Below, piece after piece: positions 1 through 14,232 of a stretch of 64,000 nucleotides of DNA. Under the pieces are notes generated by a model. It was given only the letters and a program-made list of their open reading frames with translations, was not told where the DNA came from and did no database searches. This DNA is from Octopus vulgaris. Its lineage: Eukaryota. Both the position numbers and the translations under genes were made by a program. The stretch covers positions 15,686,001-15,750,000 of the forward strand of contig OX597832.1 of assembly GCA_951406725.2 (NCBI GenBank), in the 5' to 3' direction. How positions within the stretch are numbered: the first letter of the stretch is position 1; every line of letters begins with the position of its first letter.

Positions 1-740
1 TAGATATACGCGTAGAGATATACACATCCAAATACGTACTTGTACATTTTGTGCAGTAGCACGAGGTTTTGCACATAAATATGCCAGTGCATGTGTTTAT
101 GTACCTAAGTATTTGTTTTCTTTTCTATTTCTGTCTCGCTCCCAATATATACACACACAGAACAACACGCACAGACAGACACACAAGCACACACACACGC
201 ATACACAAACGCGTACACATTCGCACACGCGCACACACACACACACATCCATATATATATATATATACATTGAGACAGAGACAAATATATCAATAGATAG
301 GTAAATAGAAAGGCTGACAGATATATCGATAGATTGACAGATAGACAGACAGAGAGACAGATATATAGATAGATAGATAGATAGATAGGTAGATAGATAG
401 ATACATACATACATACATACATACATACATACATAGACAGACATATAGATATACGTATACAACTGAGAAGGAGTAGGCGACAAAGGTAATTTATGTAAAC
501 AGTGTAGCTATTTACGTACAAAACTTCATCATCACATCTCCATTTCAATCTCTTTGTGCGTATATGCACTTGTTTGTTTAGGTGGATGATGGTTCGTGTG
601 TGAGAAAGCAGAATTGATGAGGTTTCCAGTCATAGTGTGTGTAACAGACTCCCCTGAACACCACATTCACGCACACACACATTTACAGTAAATTTACAGG
701 TATAGATACATACAGATCAATAACTATCAATCTATATATA

Positions 741-782
<42 letters not shown>

Positions 783-784
783 TA

Positions 785-817
<33 letters not shown>

Positions 818-821
818 TCAC

Positions 822-860
<39 letters not shown>

Positions 861-1853
861 AATATTTATATATATACTTACCCATTCACACACACACACA
901 CACACGTACACAAACATATTTGAGTGAGAGAAATGAGATTGAGCGCAAGAGTACATGGAAGATCATTTGCTTTAATAATAAATATCAGCAGCAGAATCAA
1001 AGACACCATTGCTGGGATACTGCAACAAAAAGCTTAAAGTACGTCTCTTATAATCTTCGGAACATAAAGAATCACGACCAGCATTTTCCTATCAATGGCC
1101 ACTTTATAAAATATGTATATATGCAAAAACATGTGCGGCTGATTGTAGTTAAATATTTTCAGTTTGCCTATATATGCTATAAGTGCCAGGCTTTATTGTA
1201 AGACGAAAAAGAAAAGAAAAAACATAAAACAAATCCTGAAATATGATGAAAAGCAATTGAATACCATTTTCCAGTTTTAGTATATCCAGTATTGGTATAT
1301 GTAACTGTGACAAAATCTCTCAAATCTTGCTTTATTATGAACTTTTGTCTACATTAAAATATTGTTTCTATTTCAAATTGACCGTTGTCCATATAAGCAC
1401 TGATTGTATAAGTGTATCGCCATCTTCCTCTTTTCCCTGTCTGTCTCTATACATACATACGTAAAATAAATATATTCATACACACACCCGCACACACATT
1501 CTCACATAAACGCACACACGTTTATGCACAAACACATACGCACATACATATAGAGCAATGATTTTGCGTTCGCTGTTGATTTATAAGTGGGCTTGCATAC
1601 GTATGTATATGTATATTTGCATCAAACCTAGTCGCACACAGTCGCACACACACACACACACCTTCACAGTCAGACATGCGCGCATACAAAATTCTTATAT
1701 ATAGCATTAATGCGTGCATTTGCATGTGTGCGTACGTGTATTTGTGTGTGTTTGAGTGTGTGGCTTATGTTTGTTGTGAGATAGTATGGCATTTAACCAC
1801 CAGGTTTATATATTTGTTTATATGTTTGTTAATCCAAAGGAACAAGATTACTT

Positions 1854-1920
<67 letters not shown>

Positions 1921-2053
1921 AAAATAGTAAAGAGTGAAAAAACGACAGAAGGCTTAAATGTTAAAGAATATATATATTTGCGTCAATATGTCTGGAGAAT
2001 ATTGGAAAATTTTTTTTCCCTCCTTATAATGACATAATTTTATAATTTTTAAA

Positions 2054-2087
2054 GAAAGACCGGTTTCGCAGTTAGCTCTTCAAATTT
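2054..2087 (-). ncRNA. degenerate minimal hammerhead ribozyme in the PLE pLTR
   Basis: Minus strand reads AAAT-TTGAAGA-GCTAACTGC-GAAA-CCGG-TC-TTTC: a CUGANGA core with C3>U, GAAA, palindromic ACCGGT stem III and a GUC site. Minimal hammerheads in PLE pLTRs are established. Confidence 0.6.
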
Positions 2088-2228
2088 ATTGCGACGTAAT
2101 GTTTATCTTTAATAGCGTTATCCTTGTATTTTTGCTACTGAGAGTTCTAAATAAGGGAAGGTAGTGCGTGATTTCTTCCGGTGTAAGGGAGATAATCGCT
2201 TTAAAACATTTTTTTTCCCTTTTATCTC

Positions 2229-4500
2229 TTAGTGTGAATTTCTCTGTATTGCTATGTTTGGATAGTTGAGTCTGGGTTGGTACTTTTCAATGAAGAACGT
2301 TTCCTTGTTTAGTCTAATTTGTGTTGATGATCCGAAAGCACATTGGTAAAATGGAAAGATAAAAAATTGTGGTTGTAGTTGCTTTGCGCATTTCTCAATG
2401 TGCTCACTAAAAGGTATCATTCTATATTCTGGGAATGCAATCTGTTGTCGATGCAGTGTGCATCTACGTCTGAGTGATAGTCCCGTGGACCTCACGTAGT
2501 CTTGGTGGCAGCCCGAGCATTTAATGACATAAATTATGTTTTCAGAGGCACAAATAAAGTTAGATTTGATCTTGAATTTCTATCCCTCTTTAAAGAAGAA
2601 TTCTGATCCTTCTAGTAGGTTAGGACATGTTGCACAGTTCGATCTACCACATTTTTTTACTTTTGCATCCGTAATTTCAGAAGACAATTTTGCCTTTGTG
2701 AGAATCTTTTTAAGTGATTTAGTCTGTTTGTAGCTTTTAATGATTTGGTGTATGTTTAGAATTTCCTTTAATTTGGGGTTTTTATGAAGTATTGGTAAAT
2801 TCTGGGTGATAATGGTGAAAGCTTTTTTGTTTCTGGGGTTGTATGTAGATATGTAAAGTAGTATTTTCGGGGAAGGTGTGTTGTTGTGTTGAACTTTTCT
2901 TAAAGTTTCTATGTTGATTTCTGTTGCACGTCTGATTCCATCCTCTATGAGTTGAGCTGGGTAATGTCTGTTAATTAAGGTATTTTTGAGTTCTTGCAGT
3001 CTGAAGTTCCTGGTATTTTGTTCTGACACTTTTGTGCATATACTTCTTGCAAGGTTGAAGGGGATGTTTGTTTTAGTGTGTCTTGGGTGGCATGAATTAA
3101 AGAGAAGGTATTGTTTGGCGTCTGTGGCTTTGTAGACAATGTCTGTTTCTATTTTAAGGTTAATTTTTTTAATTAGTATATCCAAGAACGGGAGCTCCTT
3201 TTGGTTGTATTCCATTGTGAACTGTATATTTGGGTTTATGCTGTTCAATAGGTTTTTAAATTTTAAGAGTTTATCTGTGTTTTCATTCCAGATAATAAAA
3301 CAATCGTCCAAGAATCGTTTCCAGTTCTCTTTTATGTATTGAGAGAGGGGGTTTCCAAAGATTGATAAAGATACCTGGTAAATGATTATTTCCATGTATC
3401 CCATTGTTAAGTTCGCAATGACTGGTGCTGCCCTTGTACCCATAGCAATTCCGGGTTTTTTGACGGTAAAATGTATTGTCAAACATGAAGTGGTTATTGT
3501 GTAGGATGAATTCAATTGATTTAGTAATGGATTCTTTACTGATCCTTTTTGGTATTTCTTCCGGAAATTGGTCTAACCAGAACTGTATTGCCTCCAGTCC
3601 ATAATTATGAGGTATACTGGTATACGAGTTGACTACATCAAATGAAACCAGGATTGTTTCTTCCTTGGCTTTTTTTGGAAGGTGGTTTAACATATCTAAG
3701 TCATCTCTGATATGGCTATCGATATGTTTAAGGAAGGGTTTCAGGAGGATGTCCATAAGTAGACTTAGTCTGTGTGTTTCACAGGTTGGGCCAGCTACAA
3801 TGGGTCGTAGTTTTAGGTCCCCCGGGTTGGGTGTGTGTATGTATGTCTTTGGTGATTTTTTAATGGTTTCATTTATAATGTGACTTTTATGGATTTTTGG
3901 CAGACCATAGAAAAGGCTAGGTTTGCATTTAAAGTTTGTTAGGAAGTCAATCTCTTTGGTTGTTAGTTCCTTTTCGTGGCTTTTAATTAGTGAAGATAGA
4001 GTTTTCATTATTTTTTGTGGGGTGTAGTTGGTAATTGTTTCATAATGTAGGTCGTCATCAAGCAAGGATAATAAAAAGATTTCTGTAGTATGATGTATCC
4101 ATTATTACAACTGCATTTCCCTTGTCTGCTTCCTTAATGGTTATATCCTCATCATTTTGAAGTTCTATCAGTTCTTTCCATTGTGTAGTGTTGAAATTTG
4201 GGTTAGCTTTCTGTTTATGTATAGTATGGTAGCGGAAGTTCTCAATGTGGTTACAGAATTCGTCAAGATCTTTATTTCTTCCTCTGTGTGGGATGTGTTC
4301 ACTTTTGTTCTTGACTAGTGATTCATCTTCAGTACTGAAACTGGTTGATGCTTCTGCTAGTCTTAATTTTCTGCAAAATTCTGTTATATTATCCTTGAGT
4401 TCATTTAGGTTGGCTCTGCGTGGAGTTGGTGTAAATTTGAGCCCTTTTGCGAGGATGTCAATTTTTATGTTAGAAAGAGGTTTGGTTGAAAGATTGATTA
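2229..4500 (-). pseudogene. PLE reverse transcriptase-GIY-YIG endonuclease ORF, broken by two frameshifts (~4070, ~3455) and an in-frame TAG (2580-2582)
   Basis: ORFs 2580-3515 and 2229-2495 share a frame; reading through the TAG gives EG*KFKIKSNFICASENIIYVIKCSGC. RT motifs switch frame at the A/C run near 3455. Confidence 0.9.
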
Positions 4501-5562
4501 TCTTCGGTTTTTCCTTATTACTAGGTTCCAGCCTGTGTCCTGGTGTCCCTGGTCCCTGGCTAAAAAATGTTGGGTGTAATTTTGTTTGTATGAGTTGTCT
4601 GTGAGGTTGTGTGGTATTTGGTCGGGGGAGTGGTGGTATTGTTGCCCCCGATCGTTGTGTGTGTGTGGGAATCTATGGTTGTTATTGTTTGTGGTGTGTG
4701 TAAAATTTCTGTATGGGAAATATTTTTGTTTCGAACTGCTGGTATGTGGGATGTTGCTTGACATAGTGTTTTTTTTGCGTTTGGCTTGTGTTTAGTGGGG
4801 ACCAGTAATTTTGGTTCATGGGGTAGTAGCGATTTGTGTGTGGTGTATTTCTTATTCTAGTGTCATATTGTGCTGTATGGTGGTTGGGTCTGTTGTTTAG
4901 TATAACGTGAATTGTCTTAAGTTCCTGAGCGTATATCAGAGTGCAGATATTACCAGAAGGTTGAATGAAAAGTTATTTTATGAATTACAATCTGTTTAAT
5001 CATGCAGCTTCACAATTGTCAATTGCAAATTAAACTACATCAAAAGACCTGGAAATAACGGTAGAAATATACTAGCGAATGCAAAGCATAAGATATAACG
5101 CCCGATTGCAGATATGGATATGCAGTAAGATTTAGGAGACTGGTACATACACCAAATGCAAAGGATCATAAAAAATCATAGGTAATATGAAGTGACTATA
5201 ATCGTCAGCAGAAAATGAAAGCTTGTGGATGGATATCTTGGCAGGGGTCGGGCCTCAAACCTCACAAAATATTTGAGGAACCTATTTATAACATATATTT
5301 TCTTAGACTAACACTACATCATTCAGCCGGAGCGATTGTTATTAGCTACATCTGAAATTTAAAACACGTTTCCTATCTAGCATATTATGTATGTAAAAAG
5401 AATCTAATGATCACATTCTTTCTGTGTTCTAGAAATAGCGGAGCCTTAATATTTCCTAATAATACAAGAATAATCTACACAAGGAATTAGGGATCTTTTG
5501 TAAGGACGAATAAGATACAAAATATTGCCTTCGTCATTCAAATATAGAATTCTCGCTACAGA

Positions 5563-5954
5563 GGAGGCGCAATAGCCGAGTGGTTAGGGCAGCAGACTCG
5601 CGGTCATAGGATCACGGTTTCGATTCCCAGACCGGGCGTTGTGAGTGTTTATTGAGCGAAAACACCTAAAGCTCCACGAGGCTCCGGCAGGGGACGGTGG
5701 TGATCCCTGCTGTACTCTTTCACCACAACTTTCTCTCACTCTTACTTCCTGTTTCTGTTGTACCTGTATTTCAAAGGGCCGGCCTTGTCACTCTCTGTGT
5801 CACGCTGAATATCCCCGAAAACTACGTTAAGGGTAAACGTGTCTGTGGAGTGCTCAGCCACTTACACGTTAATTTCACGATCAGGCTGTTCCGTTGATTC
5901 GGATCAACCGGAACCCTCGTCGTCGTAACCGACGGAGTGCTTCCTTCCTTTTCT
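5563..5954 (+). mobile_element. tRNA(Arg-TCG)-derived SINE, family A, tail 1 (OR1/OR2-like)
   Basis: A box TAGCCGAGTGG, anticodon arm GACTCGCGGTC, B-box-like GTTTCGATTCC; near-identical to 19303-19687; 13-bp TSD TTCTCGCTACAGA (5550-5562, 5955-5967). Confidence 0.9.
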
Positions 5955-6278
5955 TTCTCGCTACAGAAATACAACCGTCCTTTGGGATATGAGCTTTCAA
6001 ACTTCCAAGAAAATCGATAACTTTATCATGTATTAGATTAAGGTTTGCGTAGCTGCAGTATATTAATTCCATAAATATTAACTTCTAGATATGAAGCTGG
6101 ATCTCACAAATTACACACACCGATAGATATAGAAGGTACATGACGAATTCAGACTCACATAAAAGATATGTAAAACAACTAGACCAACAGTGAAATAATA
6201 TATTCTTGGTAAGAATATAATTAGGTTAATCAATATTTTTTTATAAAATGATATAAAAGAAAAACAATGAGGAACACG

Positions 6279-6551
6279 AAGAAGAAGAAGAAGAAAAAGA
6301 AGAAGAAGAAGACGAAGAAGAAGAAGAAGAAGAATAAGAAGAAGACGAAGGAGAAGAAGAAGAAGAAGAAGACGACGAAGGAGAAGAAGAAGAAGAAGAA
6401 TAAGAAGAAGTATAAGAAAAGAAAAAGAAGAAGAAGACGAAGAAGAAGAAGAAGAAGAAGAAGAAGAAGAAGAAGAAGAAGAAGAAGAAGAAGAAGAAGA
6501 AGAAGAAGAAGAAGAAGAAGAAGAAGAAGAAGAAGAAGAAGAAGAAGAAGA
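6279..6551 (+). repeat. (GAA)n microsatellite
   Basis: About 270 bp GAA array with GAC/TAA/GAG interruptions; pure in the 3' half. Confidence 0.98.
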
Positions 6552-6695
6552 GGCAGAACGGCATTTGGTATGTCTTTACGTTCTGTATTCAAATTCAGCC
6601 GAAGTCGAATTTGCTTTTCATCATTTCATGAATCTAATTGAATGACCCCCTCCACAAAACTTGCGGGTTTTGTGCCTAGAGTAGAAAAGAACATT
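6552..6695 (+). mobile_element. degenerate SINE family C copy
   Basis: TTTACGTTCTGTATTCAAATTCAGCCGAAGTCGA..TTGTGCCTAGAGTAGAAAAGA matches the copies at 41.7, 58.9 and 62.4 kb. Confidence 0.75.
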
Positions 6696-7329
6696 TTAGC
6701 TAACGTCGATCCCTCCGTAATGTTGTTTTACATTTCTAATAAAATAAATATACAGAAGTTATTAAAAAAATTAAAAATATATAACGTACAGCATTGTTTC
6801 AACGGATTTTCACACGTATCGCGGGTTGGGGTGCAACGAAACACCCGTAATAGTCTAGGGAGTTTTGTATACAAGTGCACTATTGTTTTCTCCCTCTTAT
6901 CAATGTTTTCTGTTTAACTCCGTATAACGATAGCAATCATTAAACCTTCTGCAGATGTTCTGCTGCAATATATCATTGCTTAAATCTTATCTATTTCGCA
7001 CATTTTGCGATTTTTACGTTGATTTTCTTTTTCAATTCCTGTGATGAGTAAACAGCAAGGATTAAAGTGACGATATGAAGTTCACTATAAATGTAAGCTA
7101 AACTTGAAAACTTTCTATTTAACACTCATGAAAATTCTTTTCTACGCATATAATTTAATGCTGCTGTCATATAAATGTTTATATCCATCTTATACTAAGA
7201 TAATAAATTCAATAGGCATGTCTAGCATGAATGTACATTACATGTCAGTAATGCCTTTACATAAATACCAGAATGGTAGATATCCAGGGCACTACATCTT
7301 TTGGAATTTCCCCTGTGCTTGCGGGATAG

Positions 7330-7356
7330 TTAGGGTTAGGGTTAGGGTTAGGGTTA
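7330..7356 (+). repeat. interstitial (TTAGGG)4.5
   Basis: TTAGGG x4 plus TTA. Confidence 0.9.
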
Positions 7357-8319
7357 ATATAGTTTCGGTAAATATAGTAAATATCATGAGGCATGAGTAG
7401 ATGTAGTAAATACCTATGTGATTAGAAAAAATGCATACAATGACAGTATTCATTAGATATAAGTATATCTATTTGATATTTTTTGGGGTTTACATTCAGC
7501 TCAAAAATGGTGTTGTTGCAGAATGGGATACAGGTAATCAGTAAAGCATTAATATTCTTTAAAAAAAAAAAATTACGTGACATCAGTAAATGTAGTAGAT
7601 ATTACTTATAAAATATCAATATATACTTTATAATTTTTTCCTAAATAAACGCACACAGAGACAGCATCGCATACGCACACATATGGTACCAGGCCTTATT
7701 CTTTAGATATATTCGTAAATATATAAATACCTAGATATTTATTAACTTATTTACCTTATTTAATAAAACGTTAGGTATAGATTATCCGAAATCTCATAGG
7801 ATATATCTAGTAGATACGTGAATATAATGTTGGATTACAACATAAATAGAAATGTAATTTAATAACTAATTAATTAAGATACGATGCATTACCGTTATGC
7901 TGAATCTATTATGAAGTAAATTAGTATAACTAAAATCCTAATATAATTAGAATTGTATTTCTCTAAATATTCAAATAACATCATTCATATTTTATTTAAT
8001 TCTCCCCAATATAGATTTTATAGTAGATTAGGTAAAAATAGCTCAATGACGTAATATACGTAATCTATGTATCACAAAGTCACGTACTGAGCAATTGCTT
8101 TCATTATCTACTTCACTTATATAAAACAAAATAGAATAACTCCGGACTATTTTATGACATTGATTAACTTGAAATTATAAACTAAGGATTACAATCACTT
8201 TAGTTTTATTTCTTTACTTTATTAGATTGTGTAGAGTAACACCGTATATATATATACGTTTAAATATTTGTTGTGCAAGATTTTTTATGTGAAGTCGTGT
8301 GTTGAAACAGATATTGTTG

Positions 8320-8466
8320 TATTTATCTTATATATGGAAGGCATTCATATGCTACGACTATCATACAAATAGACAAAATAATACAAAAGTTTAAAAATAA
8401 AAATTAAGATTCAAATAATTAAAAATTAAGATGTAAAGATATGCATGTATCTTTACATACGTACGA

Positions 8467-8504
<38 letters not shown>

Positions 8505-8529
8505 TTACATACGTACGAATATGTGTATA

Positions 8530-8561
<32 letters not shown>

Positions 8562-8727
8562 CACATATTCGTACGTATGTAAAAGATACAGGACATCTTT
8601 TACATCATGATTTTTAATTATTTGAATCTTAATTTTTATTTTTAAACTTTTGTTTATTTCTATGTTTATTTTGTTTATTTCTATGACATTCGTGGCATAT
8701 GAATGAATTCCATATATAAGATAAATA
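8320..8727. repeat. long imperfect inverted repeat (fold-back/MITE-like) around a (TA)n core
   Basis: The left arm TATTTATCTTATATATGGAA..TTACATACGTACGAATATG is the reverse complement of CATATTCGTACGTATGTAA..TTCCATATATAAGATAAATA; arms about 150 bp. Confidence 0.85.
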
Positions 8728-9101
8728 TTTCCTTTCTTCCCTAGTGTATTAACTTTGTCCCTTTCATAAGCTTGTAACCACATTTTTTTGATAGAAACAA
8801 CAAATATCTCTGAAGATATCCTAACCTATATCCCATTATAGGATTTAATAAAATTATTTACATTATGCCATTGTTTATAGGCTGCAATCGAAGTGTAAGA
8901 AACTTTTGAATATATTTGTATTCAGTTTTTACCTTGGGACTATGTTATCGAATAATACATACGATAACTCTATATATTTCGTGGAAAGTTACTCCGAATG
9001 AGTTGCGGATTAAACCAGTGAAATAGTAGATTTACTAATCACTTATGAGTATAAGACATACTCAAATTGACTGGATTATTGTATATATGTATGTATGCAT
9101 G

Positions 9102-9189
<88 letters not shown>

Positions 9190-9467
9190 GGTGTGCGTGA
9201 TTGTGTATAGAAGAATATATTAATTAAAGGGATTCCGACCATGTCTGATTTTCACGTTTTATTTACAATCTTATAATGATATAATATAAGATAATATAAT
9301 ATAATAAAATAAAATAAAATAATAGAATCTTAAATGTTCATTCTGATTGAACTAGTCCTTTCATGCATTACATTATGCAATCTTAAGGTTCATGTAGTAG
9401 TGGTGACAGTCATGCTTCACAATTTTTTTACTTTTATCAATATATATACGTATATGTTTGTATCTGA

Positions 9468-9541
<74 letters not shown>

Positions 9542-9941
9542 TCTCCCAATCTCAGTCCACAGCATTATATAATGCCGATTTTATGCAATAACATAATCTA
9601 ATATATTTCGTGATGTCAAACATTTTAATGTACTGCGTTGTAATATGAAGGGTGCTTTTAATTTTAATTTCTACGAAGTGTACAACCGTTAATTTAACTG
9701 ATCAGCTTGGATTATTAACCGACAATTAACGGGCTATTTCGAATTCCCGATGTTAAACCCAAGTCGAAATTCAGCGATAATTTAATTTACTGATTTTATA
9801 CGACATCAAGACTTCCATACTTTATATACAGAATTTATCAATCCGAAATTTAATCTTTAATACATTTCGGCCTAAATAAATTGGTCGCTACTTATATCTA
9901 CAGACAACAGAATAAATTATAGATCCTATATCAGAAATATG

Positions 9942-9972
<31 letters not shown>

Positions 9973-10232
9973 TTCGTATGCAGAAATATATTTAAACACA
10001 TACGTGTCATCAGAAAAGTTAGCAAATCATAATTATCGAACCCGTATTTAATGAAGCCATCTCTTAATGCACAGCGAATACAAATTTGTTTCTAACATAA
10101 AGTAATAATTTGCGTAGCATTTGTACACAATAGCAGTCTGAGACAATTGGTCGATCTCTTTATTAAAAAGAATGGTTCTTGCCAAAGTCGAACTAGAGGA
10201 TACCCCATTCTGCCTCCGATATTATGACGAGC

Positions 10233-10274
<42 letters not shown>

Positions 10275-10560
10275 TGCATCATAAAGCCTAACTTGCAGTT
10301 TAGAGATAGTATCATCATATTCAGCCAAATAACCGTATGTGCACGCGCGATATAGATATACAGTGACAGATTAAGCTTACAATAAGAATAAGTTTTGAGA
10401 TTGAGTTAAATAATCACAATCAGATAAATAATGTAGAATGCAATTTCTTCTGTTACGATCAACAATTGAAATCATGTAAAAACATTATATCTAATTACTT
10501 TTGTTTCTAAGATAAACGGATTTTTCTGTCTGCATTTTCCACTAACGAAATTGAGTGCTT

Positions 10561-10561
<1 letters not shown>

Positions 10562-10651
<90 letters not shown>

Positions 10652-10755
10652 ACACACATACACACACACACACACACACACATACCCCCAAATATATATA
10701 TATATATACACACACATATATTTATATTTCCAAATATATATATGTATACACATAA

Positions 10756-10790
<35 letters not shown>
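10562..10790 (+). repeat. compound (GA)n-(CA)n-(TA)n microsatellite
   Basis: Direct inspection. Confidence 0.95.
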
Positions 10791-10795
<5 letters not shown>

Positions 10796-12834
10796 CTTAT
10801 ATATGTAGGTGTTAGTGTGTGTACACACACACATACACATATATTAATACACATATATACGCATACACATGCATATACATAAGCGTGAGGTATATATGTA
10901 TATCTATATACATACGTGTAATATTCATTAGTGCCATTATTCTGTTTACACATTCTTCTGAGGCTATTTGTAAAAGTTCACAGATACAGACAATCGTACA
11001 GTGACGCGTATGTCTATGATCTCATAGACATACTTTATGTATAGGCTTTATGAATATAAATATTTGTTTGTGTGATACACACAGACACGGACACAGACAC
11101 ACACACACATATATGTATGTATGTGTCTACTTATGTTTGTATGTATATATGTATCTAGATCTGTGGGGACGTATGTGTGTGTGTGTGTGTGTGTGTAGGT
11201 AGGTACATGTATGTGTAAAGTATACATATTTCTTGATGCGTATAACAAATGTGAATACCCTTTGTAGAGTTTTGCGAATTAATGTAATTGTGTGGAACAT
11301 TTCCCCCGGGGAAAATGAAAGAAAACAATGTACAGGATATAAGAAATGTAATTGTTTTAAATGCGTGCATGGGCGGCTACTAACGTGTGAAAACAAGATC
11401 TGAAGATGCACTCTCTGTTCTACCCTCAAGTAGTCTGAAATATATGACTGAGTAAATGTACTTGTTGTTTAGGATGACCCAAATCTTGAAGCTTGTGTTG
11501 ATAAGATAATTTAGAAGAAATGATTCTACGTACCTTAAACAGAAATCGGATTCTAAGTTTCTTGAATCTAGACATAATTGTTTTCTTTTTTGGCTGCTAA
11601 TTTAACACCAATCCGACAATTTTTATTCGTTGATCTATATTCAAATTACTTTAGGCAATATTCAAGCACCTTTGCACGTTTGTAGATAATTTCGTATAAG
11701 TTTCAATACGCTTAAGTTTAGTAACAGGTAGCAGAAAATGCATAAGTTGGAAAATGTAGATGCTGGAATATTGGAATGTGTTACGCGAATTCCTTCAGGT
11801 AAATTCGTTGAGAGAATTTAGTTTCTATTGTGATACATACATAAATACAATAGATTCTACTGTGATAGATACATAAAAGCATACACACAATAGGCACGTA
11901 CACACAAGCAGACGCACAAATATTCATATAGGACATGATTCTAAAATTTGGAAAAGACTAGGATGTAACTAACGTGGAAGTGCAATGGAAATAGTTACTT
12001 TTGTTACAGCTCAGTCCGATGATGGAATTGGTTTTAACCAGCAGCTGTACAGTATTTGCTTTTATTATAACAGTCCAGTTTTCATTTAATCTTTCGATAA
12101 TACAGCAAGCTATGTCATTTAATTTTCTTAAGTGTAATTTTCTCAAGATTCCTTCTTCAGCCTGTACTATACCTTGAGTTATATTCGCTGCGGAATTTGT
12201 AAAAGACTTCATGGAAATTGTGCAACGAGAACGGTGACAACTCACGATATAAATTTCCATTCAATTTAGATGCTTTATGTAGTACGAAAAGCTTAGTAAG
12301 TTATTTTGCGCAATGTAATTGAGTCAGTTTCAACCCACTTTAATCAGATCATGCAAAACATTCAAAGTATCGTACCTCTTTGTGATAGTTTGCCAATATA
12401 TTATGTGTACGTCAGATAAAAGAATGAAATAATTGCCATATTTCCCTATATTTTTGAATTTAATTCCTGTTGGCCGCATGATATTTTAAGAAAAAAATAT
12501 ATGTGAAAGCAATCCTGGGTAAAACATATATACAAAAATAAATCTGATGCAGCATACATTTACTATTCCCAAATAAAATTAGGTGAAATGCTTCTGTCAG
12601 AGGAATTTGCAAAAAGCAAACAAACGAAAATTACAAAAAAAGAGAAAAAAATAACAGTAGCTCATGAAATAGCTTTGATAAGATTTTACTTTGTATATAA
12701 TTTATATTCTATTCTAACATGTTTTTCCTTTCAAACAAACCATTACGATGTTTCTAGGTTTCATAAATATATACATTATTTTCACTCTACTTTTTCTCAA
12801 CTCCTCTTAGATGTTGTGTTCATATCAGACACGA

Positions 12835-13200
<366 letters not shown>

Positions 13201-13824
13201 TAAAAAATATCTTACGCCGGTATGTTATATGCATTGCGTGTGCATATGTGGGAATATGTTTGTGTGTGTATGTGTGTACTGAGAGGAATGGAGTGATGGG
13301 GAGAGAGTAAGCGATAAATAATCGCCTGATATTTTAGAAAGAACATGTAAATGCTGAAGACTCTAACAAATATGAGCTTATGACAATGTGCAGACTGTAG
13401 TAGCGCTCTGTTTGTTACGGCTGAAACAAAATGCTTTATTCTTCGATTTGGAGAAAGCTATCTCTTTGCAGTTCTGATATCATTTTCACTCCATTCTCTT
13501 CTGTCCTTTCTCACTTGATCGTTCTATTTCCTTTTAGCGTGGCAATGATCCAAATTTGAATCGTTATCTTTGAAGCAACTGTGGATCTTTTCCTGTGTCT
13601 CAGTGCTTTGTGTATGTATGTAGTGCATGCCTATCGCGAATGTGAAAGATTCGTGTGAAAGATGTGAATATCGCGAGGATGTGAAAACGATACTATGTAC
13701 TTGAGTAATTACCCTATCATTAAATAGCATTGACTTTCTAACAAAAGGAAACGCAACGCGTGAGACTGTTAAGGCAATTAGAAATCTTGTGTAAGGAATA
13801 CTTAATTATCTGTTATCTTGTTAA

Positions 13825-14000
13825 CTTGTTTCAGTTATCTGACAGCAGACATAATGTGGCACATCATTGAAGGTGTTTTGTGGCCAAAGAATCGACCCAG
13901 GACTTACTTTTTAAGCCGAGTACTTACCAAGTTCTCGTTTGCATAAAAAACTAATTACAAGGATAAAACAACACCAGCACCTATTATCAAGCGGTGATGT
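13825..14000 (-). mobile_element. old SINE family B tail remnant
   Basis: CTTGTTTCAGT..ATCGACCCAGGACTTA..AGTACTTA..ACACCAGCA resembles the reverse complement of the family B tail. Confidence 0.6.
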
Positions 14001-14016
14001 TTTACAAAAAGAGACA

Positions 14017-14232
14017 GAGGCGCAATGGCCTAGTGGTTAGGGCAGCGGACTCGCGGTCGCAGGATCGAGGTTTCGATTCTCAGACTGGGCGTTGTGTGTG
14101 TTTATTGAGCGAAAACACCTAAAAGCTCTACGAGGCTCTGGCAGGGGGTGGGGTGGTGATCCCTGCTGTACTCTTTCACCACAATGGCGGTGCCCCAGCA
14201 TGGCCACAGCTCAAGAGCTGAAACTGGAAAAA
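14017..14232 (+). mobile_element. SINE family A head with LINE-derived tail 2
   Basis: Same head as 5563 up to CTCTTTCACCACAA, then TGGCGGTGCCCCAGCATGGCCACAGCTCAAGAGCTGAAACT, almost identical to the LINE 3' end at ~15998-16039. Confidence 0.88.

Larger units (their letters stand above)
1919..4930 (-). mobile_element. Penelope-like retroelement (Neptune/Naiad-type architecture), near full length, disrupted
   Basis: Minus-strand pieces in order: IINLS..LAKGLKFTPTP (~4500-4420), IKEADKGNAVVIMD, FYGLPKIHK..LRPIVAG..SFDVVNSYTSIP (3283-4065 ORF), GIAMGTRAAPVIANL..WKRFLDDCF..LPFLDI (2580-3515 ORF), Cys linker CGRSNCATC, then GIY-YIG-like NIIYVIKCSGCHQDYV..RCTLH..SEH..ETFFIEKYQPRLN. The 3' non-coding part abuts (TA)n at 1859-1918. 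The 5' boundary is uncertain. Confidence 0.93.

Noticed and set aside
2580-2582. In-frame stop in the PLE as a recoded selenocysteine codon (reported for some Naiad PLEs)
   Set aside because: The codon is TAG, not TGA, and is not at a Cys-motif position; a simple nonsense mutation is more likely.
5563-5636. tRNA-Arg gene
   Set aside because: It continues into a multi-copy body with a TSD, so it is a SINE head.
5880-5945. HDV-like ribozyme in SINE tail 1 (CCCTCGTCGT)
   Set aside because: I could not build the nested double pseudoknot; simple hairpins explain the sequence.
9186-9273. Another pLTR-like tail next to (TA)n (starts ACCGG, like 46181)
   Set aside because: No hammerhead core or second arm; too short to support.
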